Shown here piece after piece: positions 10,201 through 19,214 of a DNA stretch of 64,000 nt. Origin of the DNA: Sedimentisphaerales bacterium (GTDB taxonomy: Bacteria; Planctomycetota; Phycisphaerae; Sedimentisphaerales; Anaerobacaceae); assembly GCA_963814265.1 (NCBI GenBank), contig CAWFCJ010000043.1:32338-96337 (forward strand). Reading direction: 5' to 3'. Under the pieces are notes generated by a model. It did no database searches and had not been told where the DNA came from. It was given only the letters and a program-made list of their open reading frames with translations. The position numbers and the translations under genes are program-made. Numbering within the stretch: position 1 is the first letter of the stretch; each line of letters begins with the position of its first letter.

Positions 10201-11382
10201 ACCGGCGCGGTTACCGGGCAGTGGCAGTCGCAGGACATAGGCATAATCAGCAACACCGCCGAGCCATTGTATGTGGCACTGGCTGATAGCACCGGCAAGG
10301 TTCATGTGGTGAACTACCCGGATGTCAATTCAGTGCTATTGACCGGCTGGCAGGAATGGAACATTGACCTGCAGCAGTTCAAAAATGCCGGCCTAAACCT
10401 TGCGAGCATCAAGAAAATGTATCTTGGCCTCGGCAATAGAACCAGTCCGAAGGCGGGCGGCACGGGTTACTTGTACGTCGATGACATCAGGCTTTATAGG
10501 CCCAGGTGCGTTGCTTCGCTGGCAAAACCCACAGGCGATTTCAGCAACAATTGCACGGTTGACTATCCGGACCTCCAGATAATCGCCAACAACTGGCTGA
10601 CCAGCGCCTACGATGTTACGCCCATAGGCGCCAGTACCGCGGGTCTTATCGCGCATTACAAGCTGGACGGCAACGCCAACGACAGCGTTGGTACCTACAA
10701 CGGTGCCGCGGTGGGCAGCCGGAACTACGTCGCAGGTAAGGTTGGCCAGGCAATCGACCTGGATAGCATTGGCGACTTTGTGGCGACCACAGCTACTCCT
10801 GCTATGCTCGGCATCGACGGCAATTCGCCTAAGACTGTCACCGCCTGGGTGTACACACGCAGCTTCAGTGGCGGCGGCATCTTCGACATGGGCGACAATA
10901 TCAACAGCCAGAACTTCTCGCTAAGAACGTTGACTCAGCCCAACCGTTGGCGGGCACAGCGTTACGGCTATCCGATCTATGACTTCGACTTCACGTATCC
11001 TTCCGCCAATGTTTGGGTGCATTTTGCCCTGGTGTACGAGGGCGCTGCCGGCGGAGATAAGAGCTGGGCGTACGGCAACGGCGAACTGGCTGGAAGCCAG
11101 ATAGCCGCCCTGAACACCACAAATGGCCGGCCCTTTGCAATAGGTGTGTGGAGCAATTACTACTTTGACGGCCTGATTGACGACGTGCGTATCTACAACC
11201 GAGCGCTATCCCAGGCTGAGGTTGCCGGCCTTGCAGGCAGGACCGGCACGTTCAGCCAGCCGCTATATCTGCTGCTGACGCCGCAGGATGCTGCCGTGAA
11301 TGCGCACGATGACGGCACGATCAATCTGGCGGACTATGCTCTGCTGGTAGATATGTGGCTGGATGAACTGCTCTGGCCGTAG
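7222..11382 (+). CDS. Giant secreted PA14 / LamG multidomain protein with dockerin-like C-terminal motifs (1386 aa, uninterrupted)
   Basis: Signal peptide, then a PA14 domain (GDYTFWIYSDDHSRLWL..GQRYYIEALHRDGTGGDNLGVGW). Three ~90-aa 'HDVYFGT..TYYWRIDEV..VWSF' modules follow. There are two LamG domains (LVAWWKLDD..LIDDARIYDKALTQAEI and LIAHYKLDGN..LIDDVRIYNRALSQAEV), a CBM-like 'IVDDFE..LYVDDIRLY' domain, and the tail DDGTINLADYALLVDMWLDELLWP. Confidence 0.85.
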   Translation: MCRRLTYSICIALVLGLVGNANGQLGKGKILFEWFEGTTGGNIDQLVDGRNPNYPNNPTTYEWRSSFLGPVNRSDNFGTRVRGYLYPPADGDYTFWIYSDDHSRLWLSTNDDPANKKLICEVIGNTAVNEWTKYPEQKSTAVTLKAGQRYYIEALHRDGTGGDNLGVGWGGPTIGAGPVIIDGAYLAAYLRAVDFMAGNPDPTDGDKDVTSPLVQWTAGLTASLHDVYFGTNPTPGLAEFKGRQNFLVYFHTPGLMSGTTYYWRVDEVEADGTTIYTGKVWSFTVPVLAAHDSSPADGVAYVYTDVDLTWGAGFSAIFHDVYFGTNTSDVTTGAAGTFKIKQTGTTYDPGALTPDTTYYWRIDEVEADNTTKYPGQVWSFRTRPVMTVSDPNLVAWWKLDDVGSGNVIDYSGYNRDGTIYGNPLWVAGYDGGAMSFAGSADYVSIVGYKGVLRISADLQHAFTCTAWVRTNGNGEIMGWGQPSGRQRVEFRVDGNRLRVEHGSGDIRGDTPLNDSQWHHVAAVVPRGAAIRNVLLYIDGRPDPMRTTSTPDNLFNITSNYDVTLGRRYNAAERWFTGLIDDARIYDKALTQAEIQQIMIRPDPLLAWKPSPPNGLPADVEHATPLSWSPGDGAVQHDVYFGTDQAAVTAADKSDTTGIYRVQQTGTSYTPGEALQEGQTYYWRIDECKADATISKGRTWSFTLADYLIVDDFEAYTDDVGSRIFQTWLDGWGFSQPAPGYPGNGTGSAVGYSQAPFAEQTTIRSGRQSMPLQYVNDGSTGKTRYSETERSWAVPQDWTRKDVKALTLWFRGLTQSYGSFGYDPATGLYTITARGTDIWNNKRAREWGLHDEFHYVYKRLSGAGTIVVKALRVTNSNAWAKAGVMIRQTLDANSVHAMMAITPGQGVAFQYRATAGLDSTTNLQQTGIVTPQWLKLDRSAAGDFTAYYSADGSTWTQLGTAINIVMQGDVYVGLALTSHAAGTTCAAEFSDVTPTGAVTGQWQSQDIGIISNTAEPLYVALADSTGKVHVVNYPDVNSVLLTGWQEWNIDLQQFKNAGLNLASIKKMYLGLGNRTSPKAGGTGYLYVDDIRLYRPRCVASLAKPTGDFSNNCTVDYPDLQIIANNWLTSAYDVTPIGASTAGLIAHYKLDGNANDSVGTYNGAAVGSRNYVAGKVGQAIDLDSIGDFVATTATPAMLGIDGNSPKTVTAWVYTRSFSGGGIFDMGDNINSQNFSLRTLTQPNRWRAQRYGYPIYDFDFTYPSANVWVHFALVYEGAAGGDKSWAYGNGELAGSQIAALNTTNGRPFAIGVWSNYYFDGLIDDVRIYNRALSQAEVAGLAGRTGTFSQPLYLLLTPQDAAVNAHDDGTINLADYALLVDMWLDELLWP

Positions 11383-11400
11383 GAGGAAAACCCCCAAATA

Positions 11401-11424
11401 AATCCTTCGACCCGGCTCAGGACG
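11401..11424. repeat. Copy of the dispersed 'PVLSxVEG' palindromic-unit arm (reverse orientation)
   Basis: AATCCTTCGACCCGGCTCAGGACG. The 21 nt at 11401-11421 are identical to 50193-50213. The reverse complement resembles 53388-53411, 25319-25342 and 33494-33522. Confidence 0.6.
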
Positions 11425-11430
11425 GGTTTG

Positions 11431-11516
11431 GGGGCTAAATATTTAGCCCCGCAACTTGTTGCGGGGTTCGGATGCACCAAATCGGGGTCCATGCCGATGC
11501 GTATGGACCCCGATTT
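11431..11516 (+). terminator. Array of three perfect hairpins downstream of the giant gene (likely a terminator region)
   Basis: GGGGCTAAATATTTAGCCCC (11431-11450); CCCCGCAActtgTTGCGGGG (11447-11466); AAATCGGGGTCCAT-N10-ATGGACCCCGATTT (11479-11516). Confidence 0.5.
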
Positions 11517-11539
11517 GCGTCGAATCCCCTGAATTTGTC

Positions 11540-11569
11540 TTGAAATAAAGGCCGATAATATGGTATAAG
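11540..11569 (+). promoter_or_regulatory. Sigma70-like promoter with an extended -10
   Basis: TTGAAA (11540-11545), 18 nt, TGgTATAAG (-10 at 11564-11569). The architecture matches the promoter at 7127. Confidence 0.45.
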
Positions 11570-11646
11570 TAGTTGTCGATTTTCGCTCCTCGGGCGTTGG
11601 GCGGGCGAAATTGTCAATCTTCAGTTATCTTTGAAGGAGGCACGTC

Positions 11647-14600
11647 ATGTACAAAAAACTTCTTTTTGTGTTTTTGGTGTCCCTGATGGCTGTCAGTACC
11701 GCTGTCGCCGAGCTGGTTGCGCACTATCGGCTCGATGAAGGCACCGGCACAACCACCGCAGATGCTTCAGGCAAGGGCCATACCGGCACGATTCAGGGCA
11801 CGCCCACCTGGGTGGATGGACCGCCCGGCTATGGCAAGGCACTATACTTCAACGGCCAAAATCCAACCAGCGGGTGGGTCAACTGCGGAACCTGGAATCC
11901 TTCCGCCGGAACGGGACAACTGAGCGTTGCCTTCTGGGCGAGATGGGATGGGTCCATGGGCTCCGATCAATATCAGGGCCTGGTCAGCAAGAGAGACGAC
12001 TGGGACTCCACCGGCAGGCGCACTTAGCATGTGGGAAATTGAGATCGACGCCACCACCAACGTCGTGCACTTTTTCCGGGGCGGCAGTTACCCATCAAGC
12101 GGCGGTTATGTTATGCCCGTGGGACAATGGGTGCATATAGCGGTAACTTTCAACGGAACCACCGCGATCTTTTATGTCAACGGAACCAGACAGGCAGCGG
12201 CAGTTTCTCATTCGGTCCGAAAACCGATGCAGTAGTCACCATCGGATGCGATAGTGGTGCCAGCGGCTGGAACAGCTTTAACGGCAGCCTTGATGAGGTG
12301 CGCCTGTACAATACCGTGCTGCCCCCGGCTGAGATTAAGGCCCTTGCCGCCAAGTATGGCGCCACCAACCCCAACCCGGCAGATGGGGCGAAAATCAGCC
12401 AGACCTCCGTGGCGCTTAGCTGGACGGCGGGAGCTTTTGCCGAAACGCACCACGTGTTTTTTGGCGACAACTACGACGCCGTGTACAATGGCGCTGCCTC
12501 TACCGACAAGGGCATCCAGGCCTTTACCGTTTATTGGGTGCCCGATCTGCTGATAGGCAAAACCTATTACTGGCGTGTCGATGAGGTTAGTGCCACGCAC
12601 GCCGGTAGCCCCTGGAGAGGCGCGGTCTGGAGCTTTACCATTCCTCCCAAAACCGCCTGGCAGCCAAATCCGGCTGACCTCTCCAAATACGTGGATACCA
12701 GCGTGACTCTAAGCTGGTCTGCAGGCCTTAACGCGATTCTGCACCACGTATATCTCGGCACCAACTTTGATGCGGTCAAGAACGCTGACACATCCGACAC
12801 AAGCGGCATATACCGCGGTCCTGTGGGAACGCCAACAACTTATACGCCCCCAACGCTGGCATTTAACACCGATTATTACTGGCGGGTTGATGAGTTCGAT
12901 GCCGTTACCCCCATGAACAAAGGACCTGTCTGGAGTTTTACCACTACTCCGCCCGGCCTGGGCAAGGTCCGGCGCGAAATATGGGAGAATATTACCGGCA
13001 GCACTCTAGATGCGCTCAAGAATAACATCAACTTCCCAAGCAACCCAACCTTTGAGCGATGACTTGACTTCGTTCGATTCGACAGACCGTGGCGACAATT
13101 ACGGCGGTCGGCTTCATGGCTGGCTACACGTGCCGGTCGCAGGCGACTATACGTTCTGGATCGCTAGTGACGACCAGGGCGAGCTCTGGTTGAGCACCGA
13201 TGATGACCCAGCCAACGCAGTTCTAATTGCCAGTGTGCCTGATTACACCGGCGCCCACCAGTGGGAGAAATATCCCAGTCAGCAGTCCCAGCCGATAACG
13301 CTGCAGGCCGACAGGTACTATATTATGGCGTTGTGGAAGGAAGGCGAAGGCGGCGATAATTGTTCGGCTGCCTGGCAGGGTCCCGGCATCCCGACACGAG
13401 TGGTAATTGCGGGCACTTATATGAAGCCTTTCGAGGCCTTATGGGCGCTTGGCCCCAAACCGGCCAATCGGGCAACCGATGTGAGCCAGACGACTACGCT
13501 TGGCTGGAAGCCTGGAGAGAAGGCCGCCAAGCACGACGTATACTTCGGCGCCAGTGAGCAGGCTGTAACCAATGCCAATACCACAACTACGGGCATTTAC
13601 CGAGGCAGGCAGAATCTTGATGCTACCAGTTATGTGCTGCCCGAAGCTCCGCTGGAATGGGCAAAGACCTACTATTGGCGTATCGACGAGGTCAACGGCG
13701 TCGACCTCTGGGAGGGCGCATCTGGAGATTTACCACCGCCAACTTTATCGTTGTCGATGATTTTGAGCAGTACACGGACGATATCGCCAATAGGATATTC
13801 AGGACCTGGCTGGACGGATGGGGTTACACCGAACCTGTCGCTGGGGTATCCAGGCAACGGCACAGGCTCCGCTGTGGGTTACGGTCAGGCGCCCTTCGCC
13901 GAGCAGACCATCATCCATAACGGCAAGCAGTCGATGCCGCTGGCTTACGACAATACTGGTACGGGCGGCAAGGCACGTTACTCGGAGACACAACGCGAGT
14001 GGGCCACGCCGCAGGATTGGACCACAAAAGGCGTAAAAGCGCTGACCCTGCGGTTCCATGGCGATCCGAATAACGCCGCGGAACCCTTGTACGTAGCTGT
14101 CAAAGATAGTCTCGGCAGAACAAAGGTCGTCAACTACGCAAATCCCGATGCCGCCCTGTCGAACAACTGGCAGGAGTGGAACATCGACATGAAAGAATTC
14201 GTTAGTGCCGGGCTCAATCTATCCGGCGTGAAGACGATGTATATCGGCCTGGGCAACCGGGTAAGTCCCAAGGCAGGCGGCACAGGCACAATATACATTG
14301 ATGATATTCGGCTGTATCTGCCGCGATGTATTCCTTCGCTGCTAAAGCCGGCCGCCGATCTGAGCGGCAACTGCGTGGTCGATTATCTTGACCTGCAAAT
14401 GATAGCAAACAACTGGCTCGCTACGGGAGCAGCACCCAACGACGCTAAGCTGGTCGCCCGCTACACGCTTGACGGCAACTTCAATGACAGCTCCAGCTAC
14501 ACCGGCTTGCAGAATGGCGACCCTCGCAACGGCGCAGCCATAATCAGTGATGCGGTAAGAGGCCAAGTGGCACACTTCGACGGTGCTGACGACTTCGTTG

Positions 14601-15151
14601 ATTGTGGGACGTTTAACCCGTCGGCGGCAACAGGCCAGCTCACTGTCGCGCTGTGGGCCAAGTGGAATGGGCTATCCGGCTTGTACCAGGGGTTGATCGC
14701 CAAGAGAGACACTTGGGCTGCCGCTGATATGATGTGGCAGATCGAGGCCAACATCAACGATGGCACGCTCGGTTTCTTCCGCGAGGGCAGCAATCCACCT
14801 GACGGTGATCCTGTCCTGCCGATAGGCGAATGGGCGGCACGTTGCCGCCACCTTCAACGGGACGACCGCCACATTCTATGTCAATGGCGGGCCACAGTTT
14901 CCGGCAGCTTCTCGTTTGGCTCGGATACCCAAGCGACTGTTGTGTTCGGCGCTTGTGAGCAGAACGGCGGCAATCCCTTCAATGGAGACCTCGATGAAAT
15001 TCGCATCTACGACTACGCTCTATCGGCGGCTGAGGTCTTCTACCTTGCCGAGCCGGCGGTTGATTTGAACAACGATAACAAGGTCAACTTCAGCGACTTT
15101 GCCATCCTCGCGGATGCCTGGCTCAACGAGCTGCTCTGGCCGCAACCATAA
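11647..15151 (+). CDS. Second giant LamG / PA14 secreted protein, a paralogue of 7222-11382; frame broken at least six times as sequenced
   Basis: Signal peptide MYKKLLFVFLVSLMAVSTAVA. The protein continues through track ORFs 11647-, 11927-, 12127- and 13010-, in the order LamG, two 'TYYWRVDE' modules, PA14 (GDYTFWIASDDQGELWL), one more module, the 'IVVDDFE..IYIDDIRLY' domain, LamG, then the tail DLNNDNKVNFSDFAILADAWLNELLWP. Two internal frameshift pairs compensate each other (about 13713/13845 and about 14836/14897). Confidence 0.8.
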
Positions 15152-15210
15152 AAGAGTAAGGTATGCCCAGCATACCCTACCGTTCTGATGACAGAGTTCC
15201 AGCAAATGCG

Positions 15211-15240
15211 GGGCCTGTATCGACCAGTCGGTACAGGCCC
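15211..15240 (+). terminator. Hairpin followed by a T-rich tract, downstream of the second giant gene
   Basis: GGGCCTGTATCGAC-ca-GTCGGTACAGGCCC forms a stem of about 13 bp with one mismatch, followed by TGTATTGTTTGCTCTGTTT. Confidence 0.6.
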
Positions 15241-15272
15241 TGTATTGTTTGCTCTGTTTGGCCGCATCGGCC

Positions 15273-15301
15273 TTGACAAAGACAGTGATAAACTGTATAA
15301 T
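15273..15301 (+). promoter_or_regulatory. Consensus sigma70 promoter
   Basis: TTGACA (15273-15278), 17 nt, TGtTATAAT (-10 at 15296-15301). It implies a ~125-nt leader with an 8-bp hairpin (GCCTAAAG..CTTTAGGC) before the ATG at 15435. Confidence 0.6.
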
Positions 15302-15434
15302 AGTTACGTACTCGACCTGATTCGGGAGGAACAACCAGCGTGAGTTAAAATGAACTAAAATGCCTAAAGTGAGCTGAAGTTGGAATCATAACTTTAGGCA
15401 CTTTAGTCACTTCAAACTTTGGGCATTCGACCAA

Positions 15435-17111
15435 ATGACGCACAAGGGCATCGTTTTCACAGTCTTGTTGGCACTGCTGCGGCTGGGCTGCGGCAAAGCA
15501 TGGGCAGGGACAACAACGCCATACCAAGCCGAACAGGTGGTTATGGGCTGGCTGGCGAGCGATGCGCAACCCCTCGGCGCAACTATCGGCAGGCACATCA
15601 AGAAGACAGAAATTTTCGCTGACAATGATGGTGAGCCACTCTATTACGTTGTCTACCTGCGGCCGACCGGCTTCGTGATTGTATCGGCAGACGACCTAGT
15701 CGAGCCGATTATCGCCTTCGCGGATGACGGAACTTACGACTGCTCCCCTGCCAATCCGCTCGGAGCGTTGGTTGCCGGCGACCTGAGCAGACAAGTAAGG
15801 TCTTGCCGGGCGCACCGCAGCCTACAAGGCAAGATGCTGACGGTTCCGCACCAGCAGAAAAAGTGGAGGCGTTTTATCCGACTCGCCGAGACTTCCAGTG
15901 ACAGCCTCACCATTATGAGCGCAGCCACAATTCCTGATATTCGCGTTGCCCCGCTGCTGCAAAGCAAGTGGTCTCAGGGCGATGTCTGCGGCCAAAATTG
16001 TTACAATTATTACACGCCCAATCACTATTACTGCTGCTGCGTTGCCACGGCCATGGCTCAGCTAATGCGTTATCACCAGCACCCTCAGGCAGGGATAGGC
16101 ATCCACGACTTTGGGATTCAAGTCGAGGGAAAACCGCAGACGGCACTTACGCGGGGCGGCAATGGGTCAGGCGGCCCATACTACTGGAGCGATATGTCGC
16201 TCGTACCCAATTGTCAGACAACCGACACGCAGCGACAGGCCATAGGAACCTTATGCTACGACGCGAGCATTTCCGTCAACGTGGACTACGGCCCCGACGG
16301 CTCAAGCGGCGAAGCACTTAAGGTCAAAGACGCACTGATAGGCATCTTCAAGTATAGTAATGCCGTCAACGGCTATAACAACAATGGCAATATCGGGCCC
16401 GGCCTGCTCGCCATGATCAACCCTAACCTCGACTACGGCTATCCCGTGATTCTCGGCATCTGGCACGAAGAACGCGGACATGCTGTTGTATGCGACGGCT
16501 ATGGCTACAGCGCCGCCACCTTGTATCACCATCTTAATATGGGCTGGGCGGGTATTGATGATGCGTGGTACAACTTGCCAAATATCGACGCCAGCAGCAG
16601 CTACACCTCAGTGGCTGTTTGCCTGTATAACATCTTCGTGTCTGGCACAGGCGAGATTATCAGCGGCCGAATCACCGACATTTCTGGAGCTCCTATTAGT
16701 GACGTTATAGTGACAGCAGAATCTATCGGACGTGTGTACACAGCGACAACCAATGCCCAAGGTATCTACGCGCTGGCCAAGATTCCATCAGCAGCGACAT
16801 ACACCGTGGGTGCGACTAAAACAGGCTACCTGTTTGACGAGCAAATGGTGACAACCGGCAGGTCGCGCCAGTTGTTCAAAACCTCGGGAAATAAATGGCA
16901 GGTCGACTTTATAGGAACGGCTGCACCAGACTTAGATGGTGACGGTCAGGTTAATGCCGCGGACTTTGCCATTTTTGCGTCGGCCTGGTTGACCGCACCA
17001 GGGGATGCCCGCTGGAACCCCTGCTGTGACATTAGCGATCCTACTGACAACTTTGTCGATACGCTGGACCTGATCACATTCGCCGATACCTGGCTGGCAG
17101 GCGCTGAATGA
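15435..17111 (+). CDS. Peptidase C10 (streptopain-like cysteine protease) with an N-terminal Spi-type propeptide, a CarboxypepD_reg-like domain and a dockerin-like tail
   Basis: Propeptide-like PLYYVVYLRPTGFVIVSADDLVEPIIAF. Catalytic Cys context SKWSQG..CCCVATAMAQLMRYH and His context RGHAVVCDGYGY. Also ISGRITD..GIYALAKIP..GY and DLDGDGQVNAADFAIFASAWL. Confidence 0.85.
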   Translation: MTHKGIVFTVLLALLRLGCGKAWAGTTTPYQAEQVVMGWLASDAQPLGATIGRHIKKTEIFADNDGEPLYYVVYLRPTGFVIVSADDLVEPIIAFADDGTYDCSPANPLGALVAGDLSRQVRSCRAHRSLQGKMLTVPHQQKKWRRFIRLAETSSDSLTIMSAATIPDIRVAPLLQSKWSQGDVCGQNCYNYYTPNHYYCCCVATAMAQLMRYHQHPQAGIGIHDFGIQVEGKPQTALTRGGNGSGGPYYWSDMSLVPNCQTTDTQRQAIGTLCYDASISVNVDYGPDGSSGEALKVKDALIGIFKYSNAVNGYNNNGNIGPGLLAMINPNLDYGYPVILGIWHEERGHAVVCDGYGYSAATLYHHLNMGWAGIDDAWYNLPNIDASSSYTSVAVCLYNIFVSGTGEIISGRITDISGAPISDVIVTAESIGRVYTATTNAQGIYALAKIPSAATYTVGATKTGYLFDEQMVTTGRSRQLFKTSGNKWQVDFIGTAAPDLDGDGQVNAADFAIFASAWLTAPGDARWNPCCDISDPTDNFVDTLDLITFADTWLAGAE

Positions 17112-17230
17112 CCCGCCGTTATTAGGTTCCAAACACGCTTTGCGAAATATTGAATTGGGCGTTTTTTGCTTGCATTTCGGGTAGCTTTAGATACATTTAG
17201 CAAGCAAAAGTATCGACCGGAGATTTAACG

Positions 17231-18025
17231 ATGATAGGCAAAAAGATAAGACTCGAAAGAATAATCGACCGCAATTCCCACAAGACCGTAATTATTCCGA
17301 TGGATCACGGCGTCACGGTAGGCCCGATCGAGGGGCTGGCAGATATGCGAACGACGATCAGCAGGGTCGTGGCCGGCGGGGCAAACGCCATCCTGATGCA
17401 CAAGGGTATGGTCCGGGCAGGTCATAGAGGCACGGGCAGAGACGTAGGGCTGATCATCCATCTGTCAGGAGGGACATCCATGAGCCCTGACCCGAACGCC
17501 AAGCAACTGGTCTGCACGGTCGAAGAGGCAATCAGACTCGGGGCCGACGCGGTCTCCGTCCATATAAATCTTGGCGCCGAGACCGATCAGGAAATGCTCC
17601 GGCAGCTCGGCGAGGTCAGCGGGAAATGCGTGGAGTGGCAGATGCCGCTGGTTGCGATGATGTACACGCGAGGCCCAAAGATAAAAAGCGAATATGATGT
17701 CAGCAATGTCAAGCACGCAGCCAGGGTCGGAGCGGAACTTGGCGCGGATATTGTCAAGGTTGTGTATACCGGCAGCATCGAGAGTTTTGCCAAAGTCGTG
17801 GAGGGTTGCCCGGTGCCGGTAGTGATCGCAGGTGGGCCGAAAATGGATAGCGACAAGGACATATTCAAGATGGTTGAAGGTGCACTCAAAGCCGGCTGCG
17901 CAGGTGTTTCGATTGGCAGAAACGCCTTTCAGCACAAAACGCCGGAGAAAATGGTCGCCGCCCTATGTAAGATGGTCCACCAAGGCGCCAGCGTCGAACA
18001 GGCAACTGCAACATTAAACGAATAA
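17231..18025 (+). CDS. aroA': 2-amino-3,7-dideoxy-D-threo-hept-6-ulosonate (ADH) synthase / class I aldolase DhnA family (archaeal-type DHQ pathway, step 1)
   Basis: [42 protein letters not shown] and the Schiff-base lysine context [11 protein letters not shown] are characteristic of the MJ0400-type family. Confidence 0.8.
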   Translation: MIGKKIRLERIIDRNSHKTVIIPMDHGVTVGPIEGLADMRTTISRVVAGGANAILMHKGMVRAGHRGTGRDVGLIIHLSGGTSMSPDPNAKQLVCTVEEAIRLGADAVSVHINLGAETDQEMLRQLGEVSGKCVEWQMPLVAMMYTRGPKIKSEYDVSNVKHAARVGAELGADIVKVVYTGSIESFAKVVEGCPVPVVIAGGPKMDSDKDIFKMVEGALKAGCAGVSIGRNAFQHKTPEKMVAALCKMVHQGASVEQATATLNE

Positions 18026-18612
18026 TTGTTTTTAGCCCCCAGTATTACTGGGGGTCTCCCTGTCTTTGACGTGTTACGACAAACCCCTCCCCGAAAAACT
18101 GCCGCTCATCTTCTCCGCCCACAACAAACCCGTCCGCTTCTGTAGCATCTGGATAAGACCACACTGACGTATATCTAAAAGAATAAGTCACACGCCACGG
18201 AATTGTTTAGCCGTCGTCGGTGCGACGACGGCCTACGCTGTTGAAAACGGGCTTTTTTATGTGTACCAGCATGCTGAACTTCTACGTCCACGAAGACCTC
18301 ATCATCGCGAAAAATATATTATCAAAAATAAGTAGAGAGCATACCTGGAAAGCATAAATAAATTGAGAAAGTGTTACAGGCACGAACGAGTCCAGATTTA
18401 GCTATTGTAACTGTGATTTTGACGCGATGTGAACATCTTACCAGGTTTCGTAGGTTTTCTTACCTTACGAATTATTAAGTCATAAAATTAAAAATAAAAG
18501 AGGTTTCTGCACTATAAAAGTGTCACGAGAAGAATCTCAAGTTTCTTCACGATAGAGTAGAATAGTAGCAGAACACCTAAGATAAAATAAAGAATTGTAG
18601 CAATGCACACAC

Positions 18613-18960
18613 CTATCCATAAAGGTGCTTCATACCATGACTTGTCCTCAGCCGATCGAGACAAGGCAGCAAACTTTCTATATCTTGTAAATTCTTAACT
18701 GCACGTTTTTCTCCATCCCTCACACCATAAATGTGTACTAGAACTAACACTCCAAATATTGCTGAAACAATAAATCCGAGAGATAGTCCTAAAGCAGATT
18801 TGTCCGCGAGGTTAACTAATACAAGTCCGGTAAGGCCCAAATAAGCAAATGGAACTTGCCAAAGTCGAGAAGTATACCATCTAGATCTTGAATTAAGTTC
18901 CGATAGTTGCTGTATCAAGATATTTTTATCACAGTTTGTCCTCTTATCTTTCTCTTCCAT
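18613..18960 (-). CDS. Hypothetical small two-TM membrane protein in a low-GC islet
   Basis: The internal ATG at 18960 gives 115 aa. It has an N-terminal amphipathic helix, then two hydrophobic helices (VPFAYLGLTGLVLVNL and LGLSLGFIVSAIFGVLVLVHIY), then a charged tail. No family was recognised. Coding status is uncertain because the region is AT-rich. Confidence 0.3.
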   Translation of the reverse strand: MEEKDKRTNCDKNILIQQLSELNSRSRWYTSRLWQVPFAYLGLTGLVLVNLADKSALGLSLGFIVSAIFGVLVLVHIYGVRDGEKRAVKNLQDIESLLPCLDRLRTSHGMKHLYG

Positions 18961-19185
18961 AATTCTAAACCTATGTTGAAAAGATTTTATCCTTTCCTCT
19001 GTATCTGACCTTAAAAATCCAAAATGCGGGGAAGAATTTGGTCTGTTACATCGACTTTTTTTCTTTTTGCTAATATACGCATTACTATTGCAAAATTCAC
19101 TTACGATTATACCCACCTCCGCCCCAGATCGTCAAGCACGAATTTCGAAATCCGAATCTCTACCCAACCGGGGCAGCGAAATGTA

Positions 19186-19214
19186 TTGACAGGTGCCTCT
19201 AATCGCAGTTAAAT
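19186..19214 (+). promoter_or_regulatory. Sigma70-like promoter for mntA-hepT (and probably aroB')
   Basis: TTGACA (19186-19191), 17 nt, TTAAAT (19209-19214), about 40 nt upstream of the ATG at 19257. Confidence 0.5.
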
